Virus record (IMG/VR): IMGVR_UViG_3300034101_003000
Coordinates: 1 to 24,035 of that record
Direction: 5' to 3' (one strand)
DNA from: a virus
Lineage: Duplodnaviria; Caudoviricetes
DNA: 24,035 nt
Shown: positions 8,929 to 18,006 of the stretch, piece after piece
How the letters are laid out: every line of letters starts with the position of its first letter
Position numbering within the stretch: position 1 is the first letter of the stretch
Notes under the pieces: model-generated
Databases searched by the model: none
What the model was told of the DNA's origin: nothing
What the model saw: only the letters and a program-made list of their open reading frames with translations
Made by a program: the position numbers and the translations under genes

Positions 8929-11900
8929 ATGGCACGAATAAAAAGATATGGTACAACATATACTCCTGATTTATCATCATATTTAACTTTTATTGTAGAT
9001 AGTGATATAAATTCTAGATATTTTAGAATTAGTGATTTTTCGGAAACATTCACTGGTGGGAAAAACGCATTTTTAATAGAAGGTTCTGAACATCTATTGG
9101 AAACCACAGAAATAAAAATAGGTGTAACAGATGTACAAGGAAATCCTATTTATAACGAGCCCGGTGATGGTATACCTGAATATTATGAAGGTATTAATAA
9201 AATAGTATCTGTTCACATTTATGAAGATACTCCAATAGGACAAGCTAAAATTATAATATTAGGTGAGTTAAAAACTTATATAGATGAAAATGGAATAGTA
9301 AGAGATGTACCTGATGAATGGAAAGGTATTTATAATGTAAAGTGGGAAAGAGCATTTACAATAAATAAAAATCTATCAAATGAAGATTTAGTAAGATTTT
9401 ATCGTAGACCTAAAGTATCTATTACAGAGTTAGTTAAACCAGTATATTCTGCTGGAGTTGTAACAAAAACTCAAACAGGATTGGCAATTGGGCAACCATT
9501 AGTACCAACTGAAAATAATAATATTACAACTTTTAACGCACCAACATCATATAGATTAAGAATTCCAAATACAAATATGACTTGGTGGACTGGCTCTATG
9601 GAAGGAAATACAATATCATTTCCAACCTTAGATTATACAGCAACAGTGGAAGCTATTGTAAATTCTAAAGATATGGTGGTAACAGAACCATACACAGAAA
9701 ATGGAATAGTAAAATCATTTACATCCGAACCATATAATATATCGTTTCGTCATATTGAGGGTGTAACCAATATAGCAACAGCTTTGACTGGTTCTTTTGC
9801 TAGAATTTATTTGGGTGATTTAACAACTTTTACTGGTGATGTTGCTAGAGTTAGAGTATTTAGGAAATCCGAATCGGATTTATCTGATTATCAATTTGTT
9901 CAAGAATTACAATTAGAAGCAAATGAATTATTACTTGATACTGGTACTAAAACTAAGAATCAAGAAAACTATGGAATTTTTACACAAGATGTATTATCAA
10001 CTTATTGGACAGTATCAAATGTTGGATTGGTAGCATCATTTAATCAAAGCTTTTTATATAATTCTGTAAAACTTGATGGTGGAAATACTCCGTATTGGTT
10101 TAGTACAAAAAATCCATCATCAGCAAACACAACAACTACAGATACAACTATTCCTATTACAAAAGATGGTGAATATACATTGGATTTTAATTTAAGACTT
10201 GCACAAAATATATCATCTGACAATTATATAAGAGCATTTTTAAGTGGGTCTAGGCAAATTGAATATAATGGTGCACCAAAAACAGTTCAAATTGACCAAA
10301 CAATAACAACCATATATTCATCTAATAATATTCTAACAAATTCAACATCTACCGATAATATAATTGCAGATGAAATTGAAAATGCTAGATTATATTTTGA
10401 GGTTAAAGGTAGTGGTTGGTATGTATCTAACATCTCATTTAAAGCATCTAAAGAAACTTCTTTCTCTCCGGATGAAGTGACATTTATACAACCAGTTCCA
10501 AGAAGTTTGCCTGTTGAAACATTTAATTATAAATTTGAATTCTATGATATTAATAATAATTATATTCCTGTTTTAGTAGAAGCGGTTAAAGAATTTAATG
10601 GCGGTAACTTACAAAATTTACAAAAATCACTAAGGTTCAATCCAAACGCATTATACTTTACATTTGATTCAGCATCTGTTCCAGTACCACCAACTGTAGT
10701 GGGATTCCGAGTAGAGAAAAATTTATTAACGGGATCTGTAACTTATCGTTCTGCTTCATACGATTCGGCCGGTAACTTATTAAATTCATCTCAATATGTG
10801 GGTGCCGGTGCAAAGTTTCCTGGCTTCCTAACAAATAGAACATCAGATAATCCAATAATGACAGTTACGGATTTTACTGGTTCAAGGGATGATATAGATG
10901 TTCAATACATAGTTATTACAGGAGAAGTAGAAGGATACGAAGACAGTGTAACATTTAGTAGAGTGTTAGATGGATTTGGTGGAGTTAGTCATATTATTAG
11001 ACCTTATAGAGGTGTTGATATTAGAAATAGTAGTACCCAAAGTTTAGAAATACAAGCAATAAGAGTAGATGGTGTAAATGAAATTTTACTAAACTCATCC
11101 GCTAGACCAAATAGAGGATGGAACTTAAATCAACTGCATGTTTTATCACGTTCACTAAATTATGAAGCAAATCCAAATTTAGAACCTGATAGATTTGTAA
11201 ACTTAATGTATGTTACTGCTAGTAATTATATTAAAGGAGTTACTGTTGGTGAATTAGGTACTAAACAAATTGTTCATAACGCTGTATTTAACAGAGATTC
11301 TATTGATAAAAGATTAATAGTATATTTGATGCCATCTTGTTCTTTGCATGGACCTCCTGCATATGCAACATCCGCATCTGTATTAACTTCAATAATACTT
11401 TCCGATTTTCAAGATGGATTAGATGCCGGTATTATACGATATGATACTGACCATTTTAATATTAATTTTAGAAATGGTATTAATTTTATTCCTGTAAGTT
11501 CTAATGTAACCGGTTCATTTTATGTAAGAGGTACTAATGAAAATCCATTAACCGCATCATTGACAATTTATCCATCAATGTCAATAAACAAAGATTTTGT
11601 TCCTGAATATTGGATGTATTATGTAACTCATAGTAGTACATGGAATGAAAATATTACTGTTGTTGCAACTGATGATGATAATAATAAAATAGAATCACGA
11701 CCTACAAACAGTTCTTATGATTCTTTTTTAGGTTCATCTTATGTTAGACTTCCATCAAAACAAAGTAAGACACTAACGATAACTTACACTTATACTGAAC
11801 CATACACCAATACAACAGTTAGTGCTGATAAAACATTTACAATTGTTCCAGAAGGTAAACCAGGAGATGAGCCTGTTATATTTGAAGTAGTTCCTGCAAC

Positions 11901-14900
11901 GGTAGAATTAAAAGCAAATCCAAAAGGACAAGTTTTAAGTTATTCATCATCGGTTACTGAAATTAGATTAAAGCAAGGTTCTAGATATTTGTCTTATACG
12001 GCAAGTAGAAAAGATGGTACATTCTATGCTGTTCAAGAATCATTTACATCGGATAAAATAAATCCTGGTTATATCATAAACGTACCAAAAGGACCTGGTT
12101 TTAATAAAGATTATACTGGTTCTTTGTTTATAGGAACTGCTAACTCATTATCAGATTTAAGTGGTAGTGTAACATACAAATTAGAAATACAACCATATTA
12201 TACATCATCTGTTTATAGTGCAAGTTTCACACAAAACTATAAAAAAGTAATGGATGGTGCACCTCCTGTTGAAGTTATATTATCACCATCATCACAAACA
12301 TTATTAGCAGATGAAGTAGGTTATATAACACCGGCTAATTATATTGCAGCAAATACAACATTAAGAGTAAGAGAGGGTGCGGATTATTTAACATTTACAA
12401 CTAGGTCATCTGCACCTGGAACATTTAGAATTCAAGGTCTTGGTGCTAATCCTGGCGGTAGTGTAGTGGGTTCAAATATATCAGTAGGTATAATCCATTC
12501 ATCATCGGCAGATACAGGAACGATTGCATTTAATTCTTTTGAGTATCCGCATGTATCGGCAAGTGTATTGTATAATATTGTAGTATATCCATATTCATTA
12601 ACAGCAGGACATCAATATACCGCATCAGTTTATACTAGAACTCAAACATTTACAAAGAGTGTAGCCCAACCAATTGCTCGTACTGTTACTTTGGATTTAT
12701 TAGATGGGCAGGATGGAAGTCCAATATCAAGAACTATAAACTTTGATTCGGATGGATTAAACCCAGTACCATCTCAAGCTACATTACAAGCAACAGCCGT
12801 AAATACAACTGGTTCTGTTTGGTATCAATTTTTAAAAGATGGTGTAAGTCAAACTGGATTTGAATCATCGCCACCAAACTACGGATATCAAACGGAAAAC
12901 TGGATAGATAGTTCTGTTAATGATTTAGTTAGTCCGGGTGAAAATACAACATGGACTGTTAAGATTAGAGATGGTAATAGTAATTCGGCAACTATACCCG
13001 TTAGAGCGCAAGCATCGCTAACAATATCAGGAGTAAAAGAAGGTTCTAAAGCCTACAACGCATTATTAACAAATGAAAATGCTTCAATAGTTTATAAAGT
13101 TTCTGGGCAAACATCAAATTCTGGGACTGGTACTAGAATTATAGCAACAAAAGGAGATGTACCATTAACGCATGTTTCATCATTTGCAGCAAAATCACAA
13201 AATCCTGTTACTGGTGCGGAGATTGGTTCTATCGGACAATACAGAGTTAAAGTACTTTCCAAATCAGCACACATAGCATTAGCCGGTGGTGTAGATGCAA
13301 CACCTGGAACTAATATAGTACCAACTGTTAGTGGTGTTGCTCAAATTGGAGATTTATCTTCTTGGACAGATCCTGTAAATAATCAAACAGCAACAATTGT
13401 ATATGAAATTGATTTTGAAAATGGAAGACAGATTCTTAATAAAACTCAATCATTTAGTGTACAATATGAAGGTAACGTAGGACCTGGTATTGTTTTGAGA
13501 GGAGAGTGGAGAAATGATATTGATTATATTGGTGTTGTTGAAACTACAAACTATCGTAGAGATGCCGTAATTTATAGACCTGATGGTGTGACTAGATACT
13601 ATTTAGCAATAAGTGGTAGTGGACCTGCAACATACAATAATCAAGGAACTTTAGTAGGACCACAAACACCTCCTGTGTACACATTACCAGTAGACCCTAA
13701 AGGATATTGGGAATATGCTGGTGACCAAGAGTTTTTTGTAGCAGCTCAAATTTCAATTTTTGATGAATCATTTGTTAGAAATACATTAAACGTTGGTACT
13801 AAAAATGAGTTTAATAAGTTTGCAAACATAGTGTTAGCTGGAAATAGAACTGACCCATATATAGCATTAGGACAGACTGGAACGGTTGGTACGGCTGGAA
13901 CTGCTGGTACAACTATTGTAACTCCTGGTGTTTTAGGATATGATAGACCTGGTATTTTTATGGGATTGTATGAAACCGCAACACCAAATGGTACATCTGG
14001 TAGATTCTCAATAAAAAGTTCTGGTGGTAGTGGAACTAGAGGTATTTTTTGGGATGGTGAAACCCTAACAATAAAAGGACAAATTACCCAAACATCGGAA
14101 GGTGGAAATGTTGGTAGAAATATGGGAGCATGGGCGGCTGGTGTTCAATATTATAATTTAGATGCCGTAACGTATGGTGGATATAGTTGGTCATCAAATT
14201 CATCGCATGTATCAACTAATAATACAAATGCTACAACTGGATACCCTGGTTCTGGTCCTTGGTCTTTATCTCCATACGCAGCTAAATCAATTAGACAATC
14301 CGCATCAGCACAAGTATTTACCGAATTAAAAAACGGAACATTAACTCCAAACTTTATTCAACTTAGTGCAGCTAAAGAAAATATAACAGCAACAACAAGC
14401 TGGTCAACTTCACCATCTGTAACTCTTTTTGATTCTGCTACCGGAGGTAGTGCAGCATCAACAGGTGATACTGTTTATTTAAGAACAGGCTCGTTTGCAG
14501 CTAATCAATTGATAGAAGTAACATCAACATCCGATGGAAAAACAGACAAAATTTCAATTGTTAGAGTAAAAGAAGGTAGTGATGCATTAACAATAGTTTT
14601 AACCAATGAAGCACATACGGTAGCAGCTGCAAATGATGGAACTGTTTCTAGTTATGCTGGTAGTGGTACTGATATCTATGTATATGAGGGAGCAACTCAA
14701 TTAGATTATGATGGAGTTGGTACTGCGACTGGTAAATGGACTGTAACAGCAGTAGGTAGTAGTGTTACACCGGGAGCACTTTCTGATGGTGGTAATTATG
14801 CTACAATGGCCGTAGTTTCCGGAATGAGTGCAAACCAAGCTTCTGTTACATTTACTATTAGTGGTAAAAAATTAAACGGAGCTGCATTTAGTGGAATTAC

Positions 14901-17226
14901 AAAAATTCAAAGTTTAACAAAATCAATTAAAGGTGCAGATGGTGTATCTGGTGCATCTGTGGTTGGCGCTGGAATTGTATTTAGAGGTAAATGGAGACGT
15001 TATGAAGTTGGAACTACTCCAAGACAATATTTTGGTAATTCAAAAAGAAGAGATGTAGTTCAAACTCATACAGATCCACCTAACACATCTATGAAGTATT
15101 GGTTATGTAAAATTAATTACACAACAACTTCTGACGCAGATGGGCCTCCTGCTACTGGTGCAACGGAAAATACATATTGGGAGCCGTTTGGAGCAACGTT
15201 TGATTCGGTAGCAACTGATATATTATTAGCACAAGAAGCTACAATAACAAGAGGATTAGTTATGGGTAGTGATGATGGTGGTATTGGTGTAATACGTTCT
15301 GTTGATGCATTATCTTTTACATCTGGTAGTGGATTTTATATGGATAGAACTGGAATAGCTAGATTCGGAAATCCCGCAGGTAATCAAATAAAATTTGATG
15401 GAACTGATTTCCAAGTTACTGGTTCAATAAATGCAACGGATGGACAAATTGGAGATTGGGTTATTGATGAAACTACAAGAGCATTAAGAGATAATGATTC
15501 TCAATTAATATTTGACCCAAATATTCCTGAAATACAATTTTATACTGGAAGTGGTGAAGGTAGAAGTAAAAAGGTAAGTATATCCCCAATAAAAGTATTA
15601 TCGGATTCTGGCGTCGCCCCAAACACTGTAAATTTCACAGGTTCATATTCGCCAGCAAATCCATCAATAACAACAAATGCAGGTGATGGTTCGCCCGTAT
15701 TTGTAACTAGTTATTCAACAAAAACATCGACTGGTGGTTCTTCATCAAATGGTACATTTACACCAGCTGAAGCAGGTGATTATCAACTAATTATTAATAC
15801 TCCTAGTTTTGCAGTAGAAACCGGACCTGATACAATATCACATACTTCAACTTATCCAGACTTTGAAGCACCTATTGATGGATACATACATACCGGATAT
15901 TCTGAAGCACAACAAGCAGGAGCTGAGTTATATATAGAAGCCGTAAAAGTTAGTGATGGCAGTGTAGTTGGTAGTAGCTATATTGGAGGTTCTTCTTCCG
16001 TTGGGGCAAGAAATGTAGCTGGCTATTGGATTGGATATCTTGGATATCTTTCTGTTACAGGCGATACATTAATTATAGATGAATTTGGAAACGAAGTTTA
16101 TGCTAGGGATATTATTATTGGACAAAATATAACTGCATGGAATTGGAGTGATTCGTTTAGCACATATAAAGTAGAAAATGTAAGAAGTAAAACTATTGAT
16201 AAAGTATTCAAAGTTTCTGCTGGCGGTAATGAAGTAAAAGTATCAGATTCGCATGGATTTTGGTTAGATGGTAACGAACAAATCAAAGCTAAAGATTTAA
16301 TACCGGGTGTTAGTAAAATAAACATAAGAGATGGTAATACTATTAAATTAGTAATTGTAGATGATGTAGAAATAATTGAGGGTGATGAAATGGTATATAC
16401 ATTTTTTGTACCTGGTGCAAATAACTATATTTCAAATGGTATAATATCTCACAATATTGGCATGACAACCTGGGAAGAAGTGCCTGAAAGTATCAACGCA
16501 GGGGGTTATAGTGGTATAAGTGGTTATAATCAGACAATAAATATGTATATAAGTCAGGCAACACCAGTACAATTTAGATATCGATTTAATTATTACGCAA
16601 AATCAGGAGTTCAAACTGATGTAGGAGCATCTCCACTTTCTTATACCACTACCTATTATCCTTGGACATTTGATACATGGGTTACTTCACCATCATTTGC
16701 TAGTTCTATTATAGTAAAATCACCAACAAACTTTGTTGAAATTAATGCAGGTGGAATGCAAGTAGTATCGGATGAAAATAGATATGTTAAAATGGCAAGA
16801 CAAGAAGTTGGAGTTGGAGTTTCCGATTTACTTAAAGTTTTGGGTGGAAATATTAAAACAGATACTATATTACCAAATGTGGCAAATACAAGTACTATTG
16901 GTACAAATGCGAATCAATATGGGCATGTGTATGCTAATAATTTTACTAATAATGCATCTTCGGTAAGTGCAAATGGTTATACAAAATTAACAAATGGAAT
17001 TATATTACAATGGGGATATGCAAACGACTCTGGATTAGCAACATCTATAACATTTCCAATAGCGTTCCCTACGGCTTGTAGGTCTGTACACGTAACAACA
17101 GAAAGACTTAATCAGGGAGCTGAAGGATATAATCATGCTGGTAGTGTAACAGCAACCGGATTTAGCGCAGTATTTGATGCGCCTTCATCTGCAACAGGTG
17201 GATGGTGGATGGCAATTGGATATTAA
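8929..17226 (+). CDS. giant modular tail fibre / receptor-binding protein with internal Hint domain
   Basis: 2765 aa, S/T/G-rich, with repeated Ig-like modules and CBM5/12-like modules. The C-terminal NGYTKLTNGIILQWG...ITFPIAFP...WWMAIGY is a fibre-tip (gp53-like C) domain. A fibre chaperone gene follows. Confidence 0.85.
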   Translation: MARIKRYGTTYTPDLSSYLTFIVDSDINSRYFRISDFSETFTGGKNAFLIEGSEHLLETTEIKIGVTDVQGNPIYNEPGDGIPEYYEGINKIVSVHIYEDTPIGQAKIIILGELKTYIDENGIVRDVPDEWKGIYNVKWERAFTINKNLSNEDLVRFYRRPKVSITELVKPVYSAGVVTKTQTGLAIGQPLVPTENNNITTFNAPTSYRLRIPNTNMTWWTGSMEGNTISFPTLDYTATVEAIVNSKDMVVTEPYTENGIVKSFTSEPYNISFRHIEGVTNIATALTGSFARIYLGDLTTFTGDVARVRVFRKSESDLSDYQFVQELQLEANELLLDTGTKTKNQENYGIFTQDVLSTYWTVSNVGLVASFNQSFLYNSVKLDGGNTPYWFSTKNPSSANTTTTDTTIPITKDGEYTLDFNLRLAQNISSDNYIRAFLSGSRQIEYNGAPKTVQIDQTITTIYSSNNILTNSTSTDNIIADEIENARLYFEVKGSGWYVSNISFKASKETSFSPDEVTFIQPVPRSLPVETFNYKFEFYDINNNYIPVLVEAVKEFNGGNLQNLQKSLRFNPNALYFTFDSASVPVPPTVVGFRVEKNLLTGSVTYRSASYDSAGNLLNSSQYVGAGAKFPGFLTNRTSDNPIMTVTDFTGSRDDIDVQYIVITGEVEGYEDSVTFSRVLDGFGGVSHIIRPYRGVDIRNSSTQSLEIQAIRVDGVNEILLNSSARPNRGWNLNQLHVLSRSLNYEANPNLEPDRFVNLMYVTASNYIKGVTVGELGTKQIVHNAVFNRDSIDKRLIVYLMPSCSLHGPPAYATSASVLTSIILSDFQDGLDAGIIRYDTDHFNINFRNGINFIPVSSNVTGSFYVRGTNENPLTASLTIYPSMSINKDFVPEYWMYYVTHSSTWNENITVVATDDDNNKIESRPTNSSYDSFLGSSYVRLPSKQSKTLTITYTYTEPYTNTTVSADKTFTIVPEGKPGDEPVIFEVVPATVELKANPKGQVLSYSSSVTEIRLKQGSRYLSYTASRKDGTFYAVQESFTSDKINPGYIINVPKGPGFNKDYTGSLFIGTANSLSDLSGSVTYKLEIQPYYTSSVYSASFTQNYKKVMDGAPPVEVILSPSSQTLLADEVGYITPANYIAANTTLRVREGADYLTFTTRSSAPGTFRIQGLGANPGGSVVGSNISVGIIHSSSADTGTIAFNSFEYPHVSASVLYNIVVYPYSLTAGHQYTASVYTRTQTFTKSVAQPIARTVTLDLLDGQDGSPISRTINFDSDGLNPVPSQATLQATAVNTTGSVWYQFLKDGVSQTGFESSPPNYGYQTENWIDSSVNDLVSPGENTTWTVKIRDGNSNSATIPVRAQASLTISGVKEGSKAYNALLTNENASIVYKVSGQTSNSGTGTRIIATKGDVPLTHVSSFAAKSQNPVTGAEIGSIGQYRVKVLSKSAHIALAGGVDATPGTNIVPTVSGVAQIGDLSSWTDPVNNQTATIVYEIDFENGRQILNKTQSFSVQYEGNVGPGIVLRGEWRNDIDYIGVVETTNYRRDAVIYRPDGVTRYYLAISGSGPATYNNQGTLVGPQTPPVYTLPVDPKGYWEYAGDQEFFVAAQISIFDESFVRNTLNVGTKNEFNKFANIVLAGNRTDPYIALGQTGTVGTAGTAGTTIVTPGVLGYDRPGIFMGLYETATPNGTSGRFSIKSSGGSGTRGIFWDGETLTIKGQITQTSEGGNVGRNMGAWAAGVQYYNLDAVTYGGYSWSSNSSHVSTNNTNATTGYPGSGPWSLSPYAAKSIRQSASAQVFTELKNGTLTPNFIQLSAAKENITATTSWSTSPSVTLFDSATGGSAASTGDTVYLRTGSFAANQLIEVTSTSDGKTDKISIVRVKEGSDALTIVLTNEAHTVAAANDGTVSSYAGSGTDIYVYEGATQLDYDGVGTATGKWTVTAVGSSVTPGALSDGGNYATMAVVSGMSANQASVTFTISGKKLNGAAFSGITKIQSLTKSIKGADGVSGASVVGAGIVFRGKWRRYEVGTTPRQYFGNSKRRDVVQTHTDPPNTSMKYWLCKINYTTTSDADGPPATGATENTYWEPFGATFDSVATDILLAQEATITRGLVMGSDDGGIGVIRSVDALSFTSGSGFYMDRTGIARFGNPAGNQIKFDGTDFQVTGSINATDGQIGDWVIDETTRALRDNDSQLIFDPNIPEIQFYTGSGEGRSKKVSISPIKVLSDSGVAPNTVNFTGSYSPANPSITTNAGDGSPVFVTSYSTKTSTGGSSSNGTFTPAEAGDYQLIINTPSFAVETGPDTISHTSTYPDFEAPIDGYIHTGYSEAQQAGAELYIEAVKVSDGSVVGSSYIGGSSSVGARNVAGYWIGYLGYLSVTGDTLIIDEFGNEVYARDIIIGQNITAWNWSDSFSTYKVENVRSKTIDKVFKVSAGGNEVKVSDSHGFWLDGNEQIKAKDLIPGVSKINIRDGNTIKLVIVDDVEIIEGDEMVYTFFVPGANNYISNGIISHNIGMTTWEEVPESINAGGYSGISGYNQTINMYISQATPVQFRYRFNYYAKSGVQTDVGASPLSYTTTYYPWTFDTWVTSPSFASSIIVKSPTNFVEINAGGMQVVSDENRYVKMARQEVGVGVSDLLKVLGGNIKTDTILPNVANTSTIGTNANQYGHVYANNFTNNASSVSANGYTKLTNGIILQWGYANDSGLATSITFPIAFPTACRSVHVTTERLNQGAEGYNHAGSVTATGFSAVFDAPSSATGGWWMAIGY
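16031..16050 (+). repeat. 9-bp tandem duplication TTGGATATC x2 (+TT)
   Basis: 16031-16039 and 16040-16048 are identical. The repeat encodes GYLGYL immediately before the Hint Ser1 codon. Confidence 0.85.
16051..16455 (+). other. Hint (intein-like/BIL) domain, 135 aa, no homing endonuclease, +1 residue Ile
   Basis: Block A SVTGDTLI, block B VSDSHGFW followed by IKAKDL, block F VYTFFV, block G NYISNGIISHN, then Ile. Corresponds to aa 2375-2509. Confidence 0.88.
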
Positions 17227-17239
17227 AAAATAAAAATAT

Positions 17240-17611
17240 ATGATTTATTACGCAACATTTAATGAAACAGGAGAGTATACTGGATTTTATACCAAAGAAA
17301 TACATGGTGATAATATCCCAACTCCAAATGTAGAATTGACAGAAGAGCAATGGCACGAAGCTACTACTGGTAGATATAAATTAATAGATGGAGTGCACAC
17401 ACATAATCCATTTACACAAGAAGAAATAGATGCTAAAGAATTGGCAATAGTTAAACGTAATAGAAACAATTTACTTAATCAATCGGATTGGACACAATTA
17501 CCAAATAATCCACTAACACCTGAAAAGCAGGAAGAATGGGCGGTTTATAGACAACAATTGAGAGATATACCGGAAACAATTCCTTATGTATTCCCAGAAC
17601 CACCACTTTAA
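17240..17611 (+). CDS. tail fibre assembly chaperone
   Basis: GFY..EIHGDNIP...VELTEEQW and RNNLLNQSDWTQLP...WAVYRQQLRDIP motifs, directly after the fibre gene. Confidence 0.88.
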   Translation: MIYYATFNETGEYTGFYTKEIHGDNIPTPNVELTEEQWHEATTGRYKLIDGVHTHNPFTQEEIDAKELAIVKRNRNNLLNQSDWTQLPNNPLTPEKQEEWAVYRQQLRDIPETIPYVFPEPPL

Positions 17612-17639
17612 TATATTTGTAACAAAAAGTAAAAACTAT

Positions 17640-17648
17640 ATATTTATA
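17640..17648 (+). promoter_or_regulatory. putative late promoter ATATTTATA
   Basis: TATTTATA 17641-17648 before ATG 17667. Confidence 0.6.
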
Positions 17649-17666
17649 TATATAAAATAATAATCT

Positions 17667-17951
17667 ATGGCACAAAAAACGGAAAATTTATCAAAAGAAA
17701 CATTAGATAAATTAACAGAAAAGCAAGCAAAAATTAATAATTCTGTTTTTAATATCGGTCAAGCCGAATTAAGAATTATAAAATTAGAAAAAGAAATTGA
17801 GCAAATTAAATTAATGAAAACTCAATTTGAATCGGACTATGATAAGATAGATTCCGAATTTAACGAATATATTAAAGAATTAGAAAAAGTATATCCTAAT
17901 GGTGAAATTGATTTACAAGCAGGTACTGTTACCTTTCAATTACCTGAATAA
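17667..17951 (+). CDS. small coiled-coil protein (paralog of 21388..21780)
   Basis: Heptad-rich, with a central IGQ and C-terminal YPNGEIDLQAGTV. Confidence 0.75.
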   Translation: MAQKTENLSKETLDKLTEKQAKINNSVFNIGQAELRIIKLEKEIEQIKLMKTQFESDYDKIDSEFNEYIKELEKVYPNGEIDLQAGTVTFQLPE

Positions 17952-17957
17952 AATAAA

Positions 17958-17989
17958 TTTGGTAGTTTCCAAATAATTTCGTATATTTG
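17958..17989 (+). promoter_or_regulatory. Bacteroidota-type housekeeping sigma promoter
   Basis: TTTG 17958-17961, 20-nt spacer, TATATTTG 17982-17989. Closely similar to 4520-4551. Confidence 0.8.
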
Positions 17990-18006
17990 TTACAATAATA
18001 AGTCTA

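Noticed and set aside
16051-16455. Canonical mobile intein
   Set aside because: The +1 residue is Ile, there is no endonuclease, and the host is a structural protein, so it is treated as a BIL-type Hint.
17612-17619. Third host-type promoter (TATATTTG)
   Set aside because: There is no TTTG at the expected distance upstream. The TATTTATA motif at 17641 better explains the next gene.
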